NCBI GenBank assembly: GCA_029258885.1
Contig: JAPDJW010000003.1
Span: forward strand, 1-64,000
Direction of reading: 5' to 3'
Length of the DNA: 64,000 nucleotides
Source of the DNA: Thermoproteota archaeon
GTDB lineage: Archaea; Thermoproteota; Thermoprotei; Thermofilales; B9-G17
A program made the translations under genes and the position numbers. Of this stretch, positions 1-8,319 are shown piece by piece; position 1 is the first letter of the stretch, and each line of letters begins with the position of its first letter. The notes under the pieces were generated by a model. That model saw only the letters and a list, made by a program, of their open reading frames with translations. It was not told the DNA's origin and made no database searches.

Positions 1-2
1 CT

Positions 3-185
3 ACAGATATTAACATTGACGTATTTTGTAAGCTCTTAGGCTGGAAGAGTAGGGATGGATACATACTATCCCTACATTTAACTAGGCCTGAGAGATACGA
101 GAGGGTGGCGGATACAATAGTTGGCGGATTTATGAGGAAGATATGTATAGCCTATGGAGCAAAGAGGCAGATTAAAATATCCTAG
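3..185 (+). CDS. 3' end of an unidentified CDS entering from the left edge (partial)
   Basis: Frame open from position 3 to TAG at 183-185 (TDINIDVFCKLLGWKSRDGYILSLHLTRPERYERVADTIVGGFMRKICIAYGAKRQIKIS*); not in the ORF track because it has no start in the window. Confidence 0.5.
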   Translation, partial: TDINIDVFCKLLGWKSRDGYILSLHLTRPERYERVADTIVGGFMRKICIAYGAKRQIKIS

Positions 186-954
186 TCCAGCTATATATGG
201 CATGGGAAGGCTCAGCTTCCCTACGGTAAAGCTTAGAGGACACGATGTACCTAGGGTACTACTGGGTACATCTCCGTTTATAGCAGCTGGCCAGTTTGGA
301 AGGAGATCCTACGAATATTACGCTAGATTCGTACTAAATCCAGCCAATATAGTTAAGATAATGGAGTACTGCCTAAACATGGGAGTGACTGGGATACAGG
401 CGCTTGCATACGATTTCATAGTAGAATCCATACTTGAGGCAGCTAGGAGCACTGGAGTAAAGCCGATAGTGATCGGAACTGTTGATCCCGAGGATCCCAG
501 GGGAAGCTTAGATCTACTTGATCGAGTTGAGGCAATAGCTGCATTAATTCATGGAAGCATAACTTCATCTAAGATGTACGGTGAAATTGAGAGGGAACTT
601 AAGCTGATTAAGGATCACGGTATGATACCAGGCGTAGCACTTCATAGGATAGATGTACTCAATGAATTATTGGATAGATTCCCTAATATCGAGGTCGTAA
701 TGGCGCCAATAAATTATGCTGGATATATGATGGGAGACCGAGAGAATTCGCTTAAAATACTGGGTAGCTGCGGCAGATTTATAATAGCTAAAAAGGTCTT
801 AGCCGCCGGGAAACTAGACGTTAGAAGAGCGCTGAAATACGTCTTCTCAATACCCTACATAAAGTCGATTGCTGTAGGTATATCATCTGAGAGAGAAGCT
901 GAGGAGACATTCACTATAGCATATAAGGTACTTATAGGTCAAAAACCTAGCTAG
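154..954 (+). CDS. Aldo/keto reductase-like TIM-barrel protein (archaeal uncharacterised family)
   Basis: PRVLLGTSPF start motif, APIN..G, IAKKVLAAGKL and AVGISSEREAEET resemble the AKR-like fold; real start may be ATG at 201. Confidence 0.6.
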   Translation: MEQRGRLKYPSPAIYGMGRLSFPTVKLRGHDVPRVLLGTSPFIAAGQFGRRSYEYYARFVLNPANIVKIMEYCLNMGVTGIQALAYDFIVESILEAARSTGVKPIVIGTVDPEDPRGSLDLLDRVEAIAALIHGSITSSKMYGEIERELKLIKDHGMIPGVALHRIDVLNELLDRFPNIEVVMAPINYAGYMMGDRENSLKILGSCGRFIIAKKVLAAGKLDVRRALKYVFSIPYIKSIAVGISSEREAEETFTIAYKVLIGQKPS

Positions 955-971
955 AAAATTAACCCAATATG

Positions 972-2297
972 CTACCTGACTACGTAATACGTTTTTGCGC
1001 CTCTATTTCTCCTGCTTACTAGCCCTAGTTTCTCCAGCCTCTTTAGTCTAGCTACAACTGATGTTTTTGAAAGGCCTACCTGCTTAGCTATTTCACTACT
1101 CCTAGCTCTACCCAGCGTACTAATTACATCCAGTATCTCCCTATCCTTTTCGTCGAGCAGATCCTCTACATCTCCTTTTTTCTCGAAAATAACCTCCGTA
1201 TAGTAAGGCTGTATATTAAATTTAAGCTCGACTAGCGGATGTTCCCTACAAGCCTGTTTCATCCTATAGATGCCAGTGCCCCACTTCTCAATGTACCCTA
1301 TATCGTATAGGTACTGACATAGCAAGGGATTTCTCGGTACATGACGGGGATTATCCGGTGTAACCCCAGGCGGGAAGCTCCCTGGATTCTTTACAATAAT
1401 TTTATCGGGAATTATGAATACTTGGACTTCAGCTGGTATCAGGTAGTTCCTATGAGCTAGTGCATTAGTTATAGCCTCCCTTAATGCATCTACCGGATAC
1501 TCGTACAGCTCTATCCTCCTCCACCTAACTCCCCTTATAGGTATCCTAGCAAGGTTCATCCTAAAGTACTCCTCCAGTTCATCTATTATCCTCCATACAG
1601 GACCTTCAACGAACCTATGGTACGCTACCCTAGACATATCCCTATCCAAGAATTTTACTAGATGGATGCGTGCCCATGGAACATACTTGGAGGGATTTTC
1701 GCTGAAGAATAGCAGACCTGCGCCGCTTAGAAATTCCTCATTATTCTTCGAAACTATGATATTGAGTTTCCTAGCTATATCCAGGAAATCTCCGTAGCTC
1801 CTAACGTTCCTGACGTTCTCCCTAGTTTCAAGGAACCATTTAAGTATGTTTAAGTCTAACTCGCTTACTGGAGCGGCGCTAGGAGCTCTATCGAAGAAAT
1901 AGAGCACAGCCTCAGCGGCTCTCTCAAGCAGTTCATTTAAATCTAGAGGCCTAACGTTCCTACCCACCCTAACGTATGCGATGTACCTGAAGGTATGTAT
2001 CTTATCGCTCTTAGGAACCCTAATTAAATACACTTCCCTACCTTCAATAGTAACCCTATCCACTTTAACGCTTATATGCGGCACAATATTTAGGAGAACA
2101 TCAGAAAGCTTCTGCACTACACCCTCCTCAACCCCAACCACATTACCGTCATCATCCACGCCAATAAGTATCACGCCCCCCTCAGTATTAGCAAAAGCCA
2201 CTATATCCCTCCCTATATCTGAGGTAATTTTTCTTTTAAACTCTACAGTATCCCCCTCACCCAGCCTAATAAGCTCCAATACCTCAAGCAGGCTCAA
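972..2297 (-). CDS. Schlafen/AlbA_2 domain + HATPase_c_4 (RecG C-terminal-like) + C-terminal winged HTH protein
   Basis: GEGDTVEFKR...DIVAFANTEGGVILIGVDDDG (AlbA_2); ALREAITNALAHRNY and NPLL...L..IGYIEKWGTGI (HATPase_c_4); SEIAKQVGLSKTSVVARLKRL (wHTH). Confidence 0.85.
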   Translation of the reverse strand: MSLLEVLELIRLGEGDTVEFKRKITSDIGRDIVAFANTEGGVILIGVDDDGNVVGVEEGVVQKLSDVLLNIVPHISVKVDRVTIEGREVYLIRVPKSDKIHTFRYIAYVRVGRNVRPLDLNELLERAAEAVLYFFDRAPSAAPVSELDLNILKWFLETRENVRNVRSYGDFLDIARKLNIIVSKNNEEFLSGAGLLFFSENPSKYVPWARIHLVKFLDRDMSRVAYHRFVEGPVWRIIDELEEYFRMNLARIPIRGVRWRRIELYEYPVDALREAITNALAHRNYLIPAEVQVFIIPDKIIVKNPGSFPPGVTPDNPRHVPRNPLLCQYLYDIGYIEKWGTGIYRMKQACREHPLVELKFNIQPYYTEVIFEKKGDVEDLLDEKDREILDVISTLGRARSSEIAKQVGLSKTSVVARLKRLEKLGLVSRRNRGAKTYYVVR

Positions 2298-2315
2298 CTA
2301 ATCACCGTAAAGCAC

Positions 2316-2425
2316 CGTAAACCTATAATAACTTAACGATAAAACAATATATAAAGACACCTACTCCACTAAACCTAGAGTAGAGGAGGGTAACTGTATC
2401 GTAAACCTATAATAGCTTAACGATA
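2316..2425. repeat. Two 26-nt direct repeats (2316-2341, 2400-2425) with internal dyad symmetry flanking a TATA box; probable operators
   Basis: CGTAAACCTATAATA(A/G)CTTAACGATA, 25/26 identical; second copy reads TATCGTAA...TTAACGATA; minus-strand TTTATATA lies between the copies. Confidence 0.7.
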
Positions 2426-2474
2426 CTTTACGATAGACGCATTAACGTTCTGAATGCAATTTCAGATTCTCGCC

Positions 2475-3815
2475 TCAATCTTCCGTCTCCCTTATGCAGG
2501 TAAATTTTCCTGAAACTTTAAGGATCTTCCGCCTGCCAACATATTCACTTACAACGTAGCCTAGCCTCTCAAGCTCTCTAACATGAAGATATACTGCTGT
2601 TTTCGAGATATTTAATCCCCTCTCCCTAAGGCTCTTCCAAAGTGAATAAACATGCTGAGGCTTACGAGATAATATTTCAAGGATTAACTTCTTAGTCCCT
2701 CTGATCATAACGTTTCTTTCAAGGCTAGATAGAGCCTTAACAAGAGACCTAGGATTCTTCAAACCAGCACCAGTCGCAAGCACTACAACAGTATCCTTAG
2801 AATCTATCTCACCCTCTTCAAGAAGCTTCTTAAATGCGCTAAACGCAGCTGCACCAGCTGGCTCAACAAGTATACCTTCATACCTTGCAAGATCCCTTAA
2901 TGCCTCAATAATATCCATACTACTTACGGGTACTATCCTGCCACCAGTATCTCTCGATACCTTTATTGCCTCATCACCCATATAAGGCCTCCTCTCATTT
3001 ATCTCCACAGCAATACCCTTCCTACATTCTCTACGATCAATATTCTGAAACCTGTAGGCCAACGGCGCACATACATCCTCCTGAACACCATATAGCCTAG
3101 GAAAATCATCAATTACATTTAATTCCCGGAGCTCGTGAAAGCCTTTCCAGATAGAATATATTAAGCAGCCGTTACCAACAGGAACAACTATGGAATCAGG
3201 AACCTTAAACTCTAGGTCTTCATATATTTCAAAGGATAGAGTCTTATATCCCTCGATTAGAAACGGATCAGCCGGATAAACGCTGTAGTATGGAGCTATT
3301 TTCCTTTCGTCTGAAAGTATCTCGCCACCGTAAAGCAGTATCTGATAAAGCTTCCCCCTATCTATGTGACCCCTAATCTTCACATAGCACTTTATTCCGG
3401 AGAGACTTGAATATGCACTGAGCGAAGCTGCCAGATTACCCTTAGCTTCACAGAATACACGTTTATAGCCAAAGTGTTTCAACATTGAAACTAGTACGGT
3501 TGAGCCCCTATCTATAAATGATCCTGTAGGATTCCTTGTTTCATCCTTTATATACAGCTTCTCAACCCTAAACTTACGGCTTAATCTAAAGCTACGTATA
3601 AGCGGAGTTCTTCCTTCTCCAAGCGAGTATGCTTCAGTTAAAGGCAACTTTATCATGCAGGTATATTTCCATATACCGGGCAGTTTATCATCCGGCTTAA
3701 ATCCCACCTCATCCGCGTCGTAAAGGATCCTCATGTTGCCGCCGCATATAGGACATCGCGCTAGAGGTCTCTTAATATCATCCGTAAAGCCGCATTTAAA
3801 ACATCTATACTGCAT
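2475..3815 (-). CDS. Threonine synthase-like (PLP fold II) domain lacking the catalytic Lys, fused to a C-terminal winged HTH; probable transcription regulator
   Basis: N-terminal CxxC..CxxC, SLGEGRTPL, KDETRNPTGSFIDRG (canonical SFKDRG), GNLAASLSAY, VPVGNG, EPAGAAA, TGAGLK; C-terminal KKLILEILSRKPQHVYSLWK...ISKTAVYLHVRELERLGYV wHTH. Confidence 0.85.
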   Translation of the reverse strand: MQYRCFKCGFTDDIKRPLARCPICGGNMRILYDADEVGFKPDDKLPGIWKYTCMIKLPLTEAYSLGEGRTPLIRSFRLSRKFRVEKLYIKDETRNPTGSFIDRGSTVLVSMLKHFGYKRVFCEAKGNLAASLSAYSSLSGIKCYVKIRGHIDRGKLYQILLYGGEILSDERKIAPYYSVYPADPFLIEGYKTLSFEIYEDLEFKVPDSIVVPVGNGCLIYSIWKGFHELRELNVIDDFPRLYGVQEDVCAPLAYRFQNIDRRECRKGIAVEINERRPYMGDEAIKVSRDTGGRIVPVSSMDIIEALRDLARYEGILVEPAGAAAFSAFKKLLEEGEIDSKDTVVVLATGAGLKNPRSLVKALSSLERNVMIRGTKKLILEILSRKPQHVYSLWKSLRERGLNISKTAVYLHVRELERLGYVVSEYVGRRKILKVSGKFTCIRETED

Positions 3816-3818
3816 ATG

Positions 3819-3835
3819 TATTTAAGACTTAAATA
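3819..3835. promoter_or_regulatory. Perfect palindrome TATTTAAG-A-CTTAAATA in the divergent promoter region; candidate operator
   Basis: 8-bp arms, 1-nt spacer; begins 4 nt upstream of the ThrC-wHTH start codon and ends 44 nt before the ECF S-component start. Confidence 0.55.
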
Positions 3836-3878
3836 TTAAAATAAATACTACGCTTACCTAATTGATAACCGTGAGAGT

Positions 3879-4742
3879 ATGAGTAATCTCCACGTGTTCT
3901 GCCTTACAGTCCTGCTGTTATCGGCTGTTATGATAATTTCACTTTATGATGTCAGCGGCGGCTTCATCGAGAAGATAAGCTTAACTAGTAAAGAGAAAAA
4001 CTCGATTAGCCTGCTAGTTATATTGTTGCTTTCATCAATAGCGTTAAATCTTACCGTGATTTTCCTCGAACTACGTGAGCACAGAGGATATATTCCAACA
4101 GCTTCATTAGCACTATTCTGTACAACCGCCATATCATTCGTATACTACTTTGTGACGTTCAGGAGCCTTTATTCCTTACTTCTTCTACCTTTAATGGCCA
4201 TTTTTATAGTAGCCTATCTACGAAGTAGAAGTGAAGGTATCAGATTTTTCTCCTTGAACACTAAGGAGATATCTCTCATAGCTGTGCTATCCTCGCTTAC
4301 AGCAGTACTAACATCCGTAGTTGGATCAGTATTTCCATCACCTACGGGAGGTTATACCCATATAGGCGACACGATAATATTTCTAGCTGGACTAATGTTC
4401 GGATCCAAGGTAGGCTTCTTCACAGGATCTATTGGAGCAATGGTAGCAGACATTATAGTAGGCTATCCCAGATGGTACGTATCTATAGTAGCCCATGGGC
4501 TAGAAGGGTTTATAGCGGGCTTAGCTAAGAATAAGCGCACAGGAACTCAAGTTCTAACATTGGCTGTAGCTGGAATAGTTATGGCTTTAACATACTATAT
4601 CGTCAATATCTACATTAAAGGATATGCTCCTGCATTTATATCCTTATTAAGGGACGTGTTCGGCCAGGCTGGAGTCTCGCTAATACTATCAATACTTATA
4701 TATAAAAATATGGAGAAAACGGGTTTAATAGGCCGTATCTAA
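3879..4742 (+). CDS. ECF transporter S-component (HmpT/PdxU-like) with an extra N-terminal membrane domain
   Basis: PSPTGGYTHIGDTIIFLAGLMFGSKVGFFTGSIGAMVADIIVGY and HGLEGFIAG are typical of this S-component class; about 125 extra hydrophobic N-terminal residues. Confidence 0.8.
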   Translation: MSNLHVFCLTVLLLSAVMIISLYDVSGGFIEKISLTSKEKNSISLLVILLLSSIALNLTVIFLELREHRGYIPTASLALFCTTAISFVYYFVTFRSLYSLLLLPLMAIFIVAYLRSRSEGIRFFSLNTKEISLIAVLSSLTAVLTSVVGSVFPSPTGGYTHIGDTIIFLAGLMFGSKVGFFTGSIGAMVADIIVGYPRWYVSIVAHGLEGFIAGLAKNKRTGTQVLTLAVAGIVMALTYYIVNIYIKGYAPAFISLLRDVFGQAGVSLILSILIYKNMEKTGLIGRI

Positions 4743-5488
4743 TGTTTGTACATAGTCATCTTATAGACTGCGATTAGGGATAATGATAGAACTAGTATCG
4801 TTAAGCATATTTCAAGCCACTTTGGTTTAGCTTTAAGCGATATTCTACTCCCAATTCTCGCGCCTAACATTGATCCGATCGTCGTCGAGATAGCTGGCAG
4901 CCAGATAACGTTTCCACGATACCAGTAGATAAGTATAGCCATTGTAGCCGTGAATATCGTTGAAAAGAGGGACGTAGCGATGGCTCTACGTATATCTAGC
5001 TTCATCATCCTTAAAAACGGCGGAAAGAGTGATCCACCACTTCCTCCCCTCATTCCAGTGATAAGGTTCAGTATGAAGGCACCAGCTACTATTAGCTGTG
5101 GAGTCGGATTTATCCTTTCATACGTCCTCGGAGCTATCTTGTAGAGGTACATTCCAAATATCGTTATCAGCGAGCTGGCAAGAAAGAGTATCGCTAAGAC
5201 GACTTTCGAGACAAGTCCTACGAGTAGAGCTCCAGTCATCGAACCCAGGCATCCCCCTATAACCACATATAAGCCGGTCTTAGCATCCACGTTTCTCCTA
5301 TGGCTTATCGCTCCAACGATCGAAGAGAACGGTATCACGATTAAATTAATGGCAAAGGCGCTTAACGGTGGAATGCCTACAAGTATCAGCAGGGGAGTCC
5401 TTACGGAGCCTCCTCCAATACCAAATATACCGCTCATACAGCCAGCCAATACACCTATGATAAAGCATGCAATCAACATAGGATCCAT
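4739..5488 (-). CDS. Sulfite exporter TauE/SafE family protein
   Basis: SGIFGIGGGSVRTPLL, second repeat GMRGGSGGSLFPP, RRAIATSL, GSMLGARIG; about 8 TM segments. Confidence 0.88.
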   Translation of the reverse strand: MDPMLIACFIIGVLAGCMSGIFGIGGGSVRTPLLILVGIPPLSAFAINLIVIPFSSIVGAISHRRNVDAKTGLYVVIGGCLGSMTGALLVGLVSKVVLAILFLASSLITIFGMYLYKIAPRTYERINPTPQLIVAGAFILNLITGMRGGSGGSLFPPFLRMMKLDIRRAIATSLFSTIFTATMAILIYWYRGNVIWLPAISTTIGSMLGARIGSRISLKAKPKWLEICLTILVLSLSLIAVYKMTMYKH

Positions 5489-6012
5489 ACTAGAGCACCT
5501 TCATCCATCCACTTAGTATTATACAAAAATTTTGTGTAAATGCACATAAATATAAGCTTTTTCACTTAAAACTTTCTTAATCAGCCGTGAAGTTCCTCCA
5601 AGAGGTCCTAATGCAGACAATATATGTTTAGCAAAATGTCGTTAAACTTAGAACGACAACATTATCAAGATAAAGAGTTATCTCATACAATGGACATAGT
5701 ATATTGTTATTCCATAGAATTTCCTAACGGCTTTATGGGCACAATAAGCTTTTCAATAAAATGTATTAACACTTACCTTCAGGCAAATCTTAACTTATAA
5801 ATGCTACTAGAAAGCCCAGGATCATATACTACATTATACTAAATGCAGAGTAAAGAATATCTATGGTGGATCAGTTCGTATAGGAGATAACTTCATCGAG
5901 ATATTGCCCGAAAAACCTAAGGTATCCACGAGTTTTAATCTAATGAAGATGCAATGTATGATTAATAATCTAGTAGAAAAAATATATATATAGTATTTTT
6001 ATTACATGATTA

Positions 6013-6246
6013 ATGAAGCGGGTCAAGGTTGTTAGAAACTATCAAATCACGATTCCCTCTGAAATTAGAAAAGCTATCGGAATCGAAGTAGGTGACGTTC
6101 TTCTAATAAACGTTGTCGATAATAAAATAATATTGGAAAAGGTTAAGGATGATCTTCCAACTTTTAAGGTAGGAAAAAGGATAGAGGAGAAGGATATTGA
6201 GGAAGCACTACTTAAAGGGCTGAAGAGAAGCATAGTTGGTGGTTAA
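6013..6246 (+). CDS. vapB: AbrB/MazE/SpoVT-family antitoxin (VapB), pair 1
   Basis: KVVRNYQITIPSEIRKAIGIEVGD AbrB motif; overlaps the downstream PIN gene. Confidence 0.88.
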   Translation: MKRVKVVRNYQITIPSEIRKAIGIEVGDVLLINVVDNKIILEKVKDDLPTFKVGKRIEEKDIEEALLKGLKRSIVGG

Positions 6247-6661
6247 ATTGATAGCTGTCATTGATTCGAACGTTTACGTATATAGGGCTATAAAAGACGC
6301 AATCTATCATATTCAATCGAAAAATGTGTTAGATAAATTATCTCAGTGGCTAACGCCAAGCATAGTAATACATGAGGTGGTTTGGACATTGAATGAGCTT
6401 ATAGGCAGACAATCTACACTACTCTATGTTAAGGCGCTGCTTTCACATAGAAAGATGAATATTATCCCATTATCAAGGCAGGATATTTCTTGGAGCATAG
6501 GGAAAATCGCTGAGGAAGCGTTATCGCTGGCCAGGTACAATAATAAAATAATTTTATCTATAGCCAAAAGGAAAAATACTCCATTAGTCAGCTTTGATAA
6601 GCAACTTCTTTCTCAGGCATCAAAAGAAGGAATAGCGATAATAAATCCGTATTTAACTTAA
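6236..6661 (+). CDS. vapC: PIN-domain toxin (VapC), pair 1; third acidic residue replaced by Asn
   Basis: VIDSNV, VIHEVV, RYNNK (expected YND), SFDKQL. Confidence 0.85.
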   Translation: MVVKLIAVIDSNVYVYRAIKDAIYHIQSKNVLDKLSQWLTPSIVIHEVVWTLNELIGRQSTLLYVKALLSHRKMNIIPLSRQDISWSIGKIAEEALSLARYNNKIILSIAKRKNTPLVSFDKQLLSQASKEGIAIINPYLT

Positions 6662-6837
6662 TATCAGTTAATAGCCTATGCTCTTCGGCAACACTAAAAC
6701 CAAGTATATTACGCGTATCCTTTTCACTAGAAGAGGCATCACCTTAAGTTATTATTAGCCCTATTATCATTAACGAAATAGGGCTGGAGTATTCTTAATA
6801 TTAATGAAAATTAAAAACAGTTTCAGATTAAAAATAA

Positions 6838-7083
6838 CTATTCTCCTATTTCTTCAATGTGTATGACTTTTGCAGGGCATGCTTCAGCTGCATCAATGTT
6901 GCATCCTAGTTCATTCAGAATTATTTCCTCTCTAACTATCTCCTCATTCTCAACTATCCTTTTACCGCCTATAATATGCGAAAGCCCGTCGTCACCTAGA
7001 TCCCAATAGTCCGGGCATAGAGCAACGCAGGAACCGCATCCAATACATCCCTTCCTGTCAAGCCAAACCTTATACTTAACCAT
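6838..7083 (-). CDS. Single-cluster [4Fe-4S]/[3Fe-4S] ferredoxin
   Basis: CIGCGSCVALCP and distal AAEACP. Confidence 0.9.
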   Translation of the reverse strand: MVKYKVWLDRKGCIGCGSCVALCPDYWDLGDDGLSHIIGGKRIVENEEIVREEIILNELGCNIDAAEACPAKVIHIEEIGE

Positions 7084-7130
7084 GCCAATCCTCTCAGCTA
7101 CCTAAGGATTCTAAACATATATATGTCTTT

Positions 7131-7934
7131 CTAGGGCGGCTTAAACCCTAGCTCCCTAACCAGCCTAACAGCATTCCAATACAATATCTTATTCAACACA
7201 TCATCTTCAAAGCCTATAGACATAACGAAATCCAAGTATCTGCCTATCCTACATAAAGGCCAATCAGAGCCAAATAAAACCTTATCCTCACCACAGTATT
7301 CAACAAGAAACTTAAGCTCTCTCCTAAGGAAATTTAAATAGTATTCGCTGACCTCCTCAGACTCCTCAATCCAGCCTGAAATATCAACATAGACATTATC
7401 GTTCTTATAGGCAACTTCAGCTGCATCCCTAACCCATGGAAAGCCAGCATGAGCCAAAATAATTTTAAGCTCCGGGAAATCAACCGCTACATCATCGAAG
7501 TTGAGGGGATGACTATACCTAACGTAGCCACCCCACCTACGCCATAAACTACCAGTATGAAAGACGACCAGCTTACCCTTATCCTCAAGAAACTTATAGA
7601 GTTCATACAGCCTTCCATCGCGTGGGTCAATACGATCATACCCAACATACACCTTAACGCCCAAAACACGGTCAATAAAGCTGTCCAGAAGCCCTAAATC
7701 CAGACAACCACTATCAACGCCAATAATGGGATAAAAACAATTTTTCAAAGATAAAACCTCAGACCAATACCTACCACAAGGCAACGAAATAACAACAGCG
7801 GCAACAACACCGTGCTTCCTCATCTCCCTCAAAAGCCCATCCAAGCTAAAATCAATCCCAACATTAAATGTAACCTCACGAAAATCCTTGTAGCTAAAGT
7901 TCCCATGAACATGAAAGTCAAAGACTCTCTGCAT
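7131..7934 (-). CDS. Amidohydrolase family protein (Amidohydro_2)
   Basis: DFHVH, VFHTG, ILAHAGFPW, NVYVDIS, VLFGSDWP. Confidence 0.9.
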   Translation of the reverse strand: MQRVFDFHVHGNFSYKDFREVTFNVGIDFSLDGLLREMRKHGVVAAVVISLPCGRYWSEVLSLKNCFYPIIGVDSGCLDLGLLDSFIDRVLGVKVYVGYDRIDPRDGRLYELYKFLEDKGKLVVFHTGSLWRRWGGYVRYSHPLNFDDVAVDFPELKIILAHAGFPWVRDAAEVAYKNDNVYVDISGWIEESEEVSEYYLNFLRRELKFLVEYCGEDKVLFGSDWPLCRIGRYLDFVMSIGFEDDVLNKILYWNAVRLVRELGFKPP

Positions 7935-8231
7935 AGAAAATAAACAGCAAAATGAGTATATAAAAATGTACTATAATCATCGCAACCATTATCCTATATT
8001 CCCAAAGTAATAACTATAACACCGTTAAGTAAAGAAATCTAAGGCTAATATCCCATACTTAATTAAAAATTTTAAACAAAAGAAAAGTGAAACTAATAAA
8101 TCGTAAATCAGAATATATCATAATATTAATATAAGTCAAAAATTTTACATACGAACTTTTAACAATATAGAACATATACTTAAATATGAAGAAAAATAGT
8201 ATGAAAAACGAAAATAATAGAGGTGAGGAAT

Positions 8232-8306
8232 GTGATATATTATAGGAAACCTGGAGAGGAAGACGATAAAGAACCTCCTGGACCTATACCAGATCCGCCA
8301 CCTTAA
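8232..8306 (+). CDS. Candidate 24-aa acidic, Pro-rich micropeptide (MIYYRKPGEEDDKEPPGPIPDPPP)
   Basis: GTG start 5 nt after a perfect GAGGTGA SD (8220-8226); GC-richer than the very AT-rich flanks; TAA at 8304-8306; below the ORF-track size cut-off. Confidence 0.5.
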   Translation: MIYYRKPGEEDDKEPPGPIPDPPP

Positions 8307-8319
8307 AACAACTATTATT

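Noticed and set aside
1981-2301. Antisense shadow ORFs listed in the track (e.g. 1981-2301, 14701-15159, 18122-18595, 23065-23688, 27424-27825, 60603-61055)
   Set aside because: They lie opposite well-supported genes and have the Ser/Leu/Pro/Thr-rich composition typical of reverse-frame artefacts.
2316-2425. Possible mini-CRISPR array (26-nt repeats)
   Set aside because: Only two copies, a 58-nt spacer containing a TATA box, and no cas genes or leader; better explained as operators.
5489-6012. Open stretch KCRVKNIYGGSVRIGDNFIEILPEK... and other partial frames
   Set aside because: No start, multiple stops and no recognisable family; possibly a decayed gene but not supportable.
8186-8245. Alternative micro-ORF MKKNSMKNENNRGEECDIL
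   Set aside because: No SD, A-rich low-complexity sequence, and it overlaps the SD of the better-supported 8232-8306 ORF.
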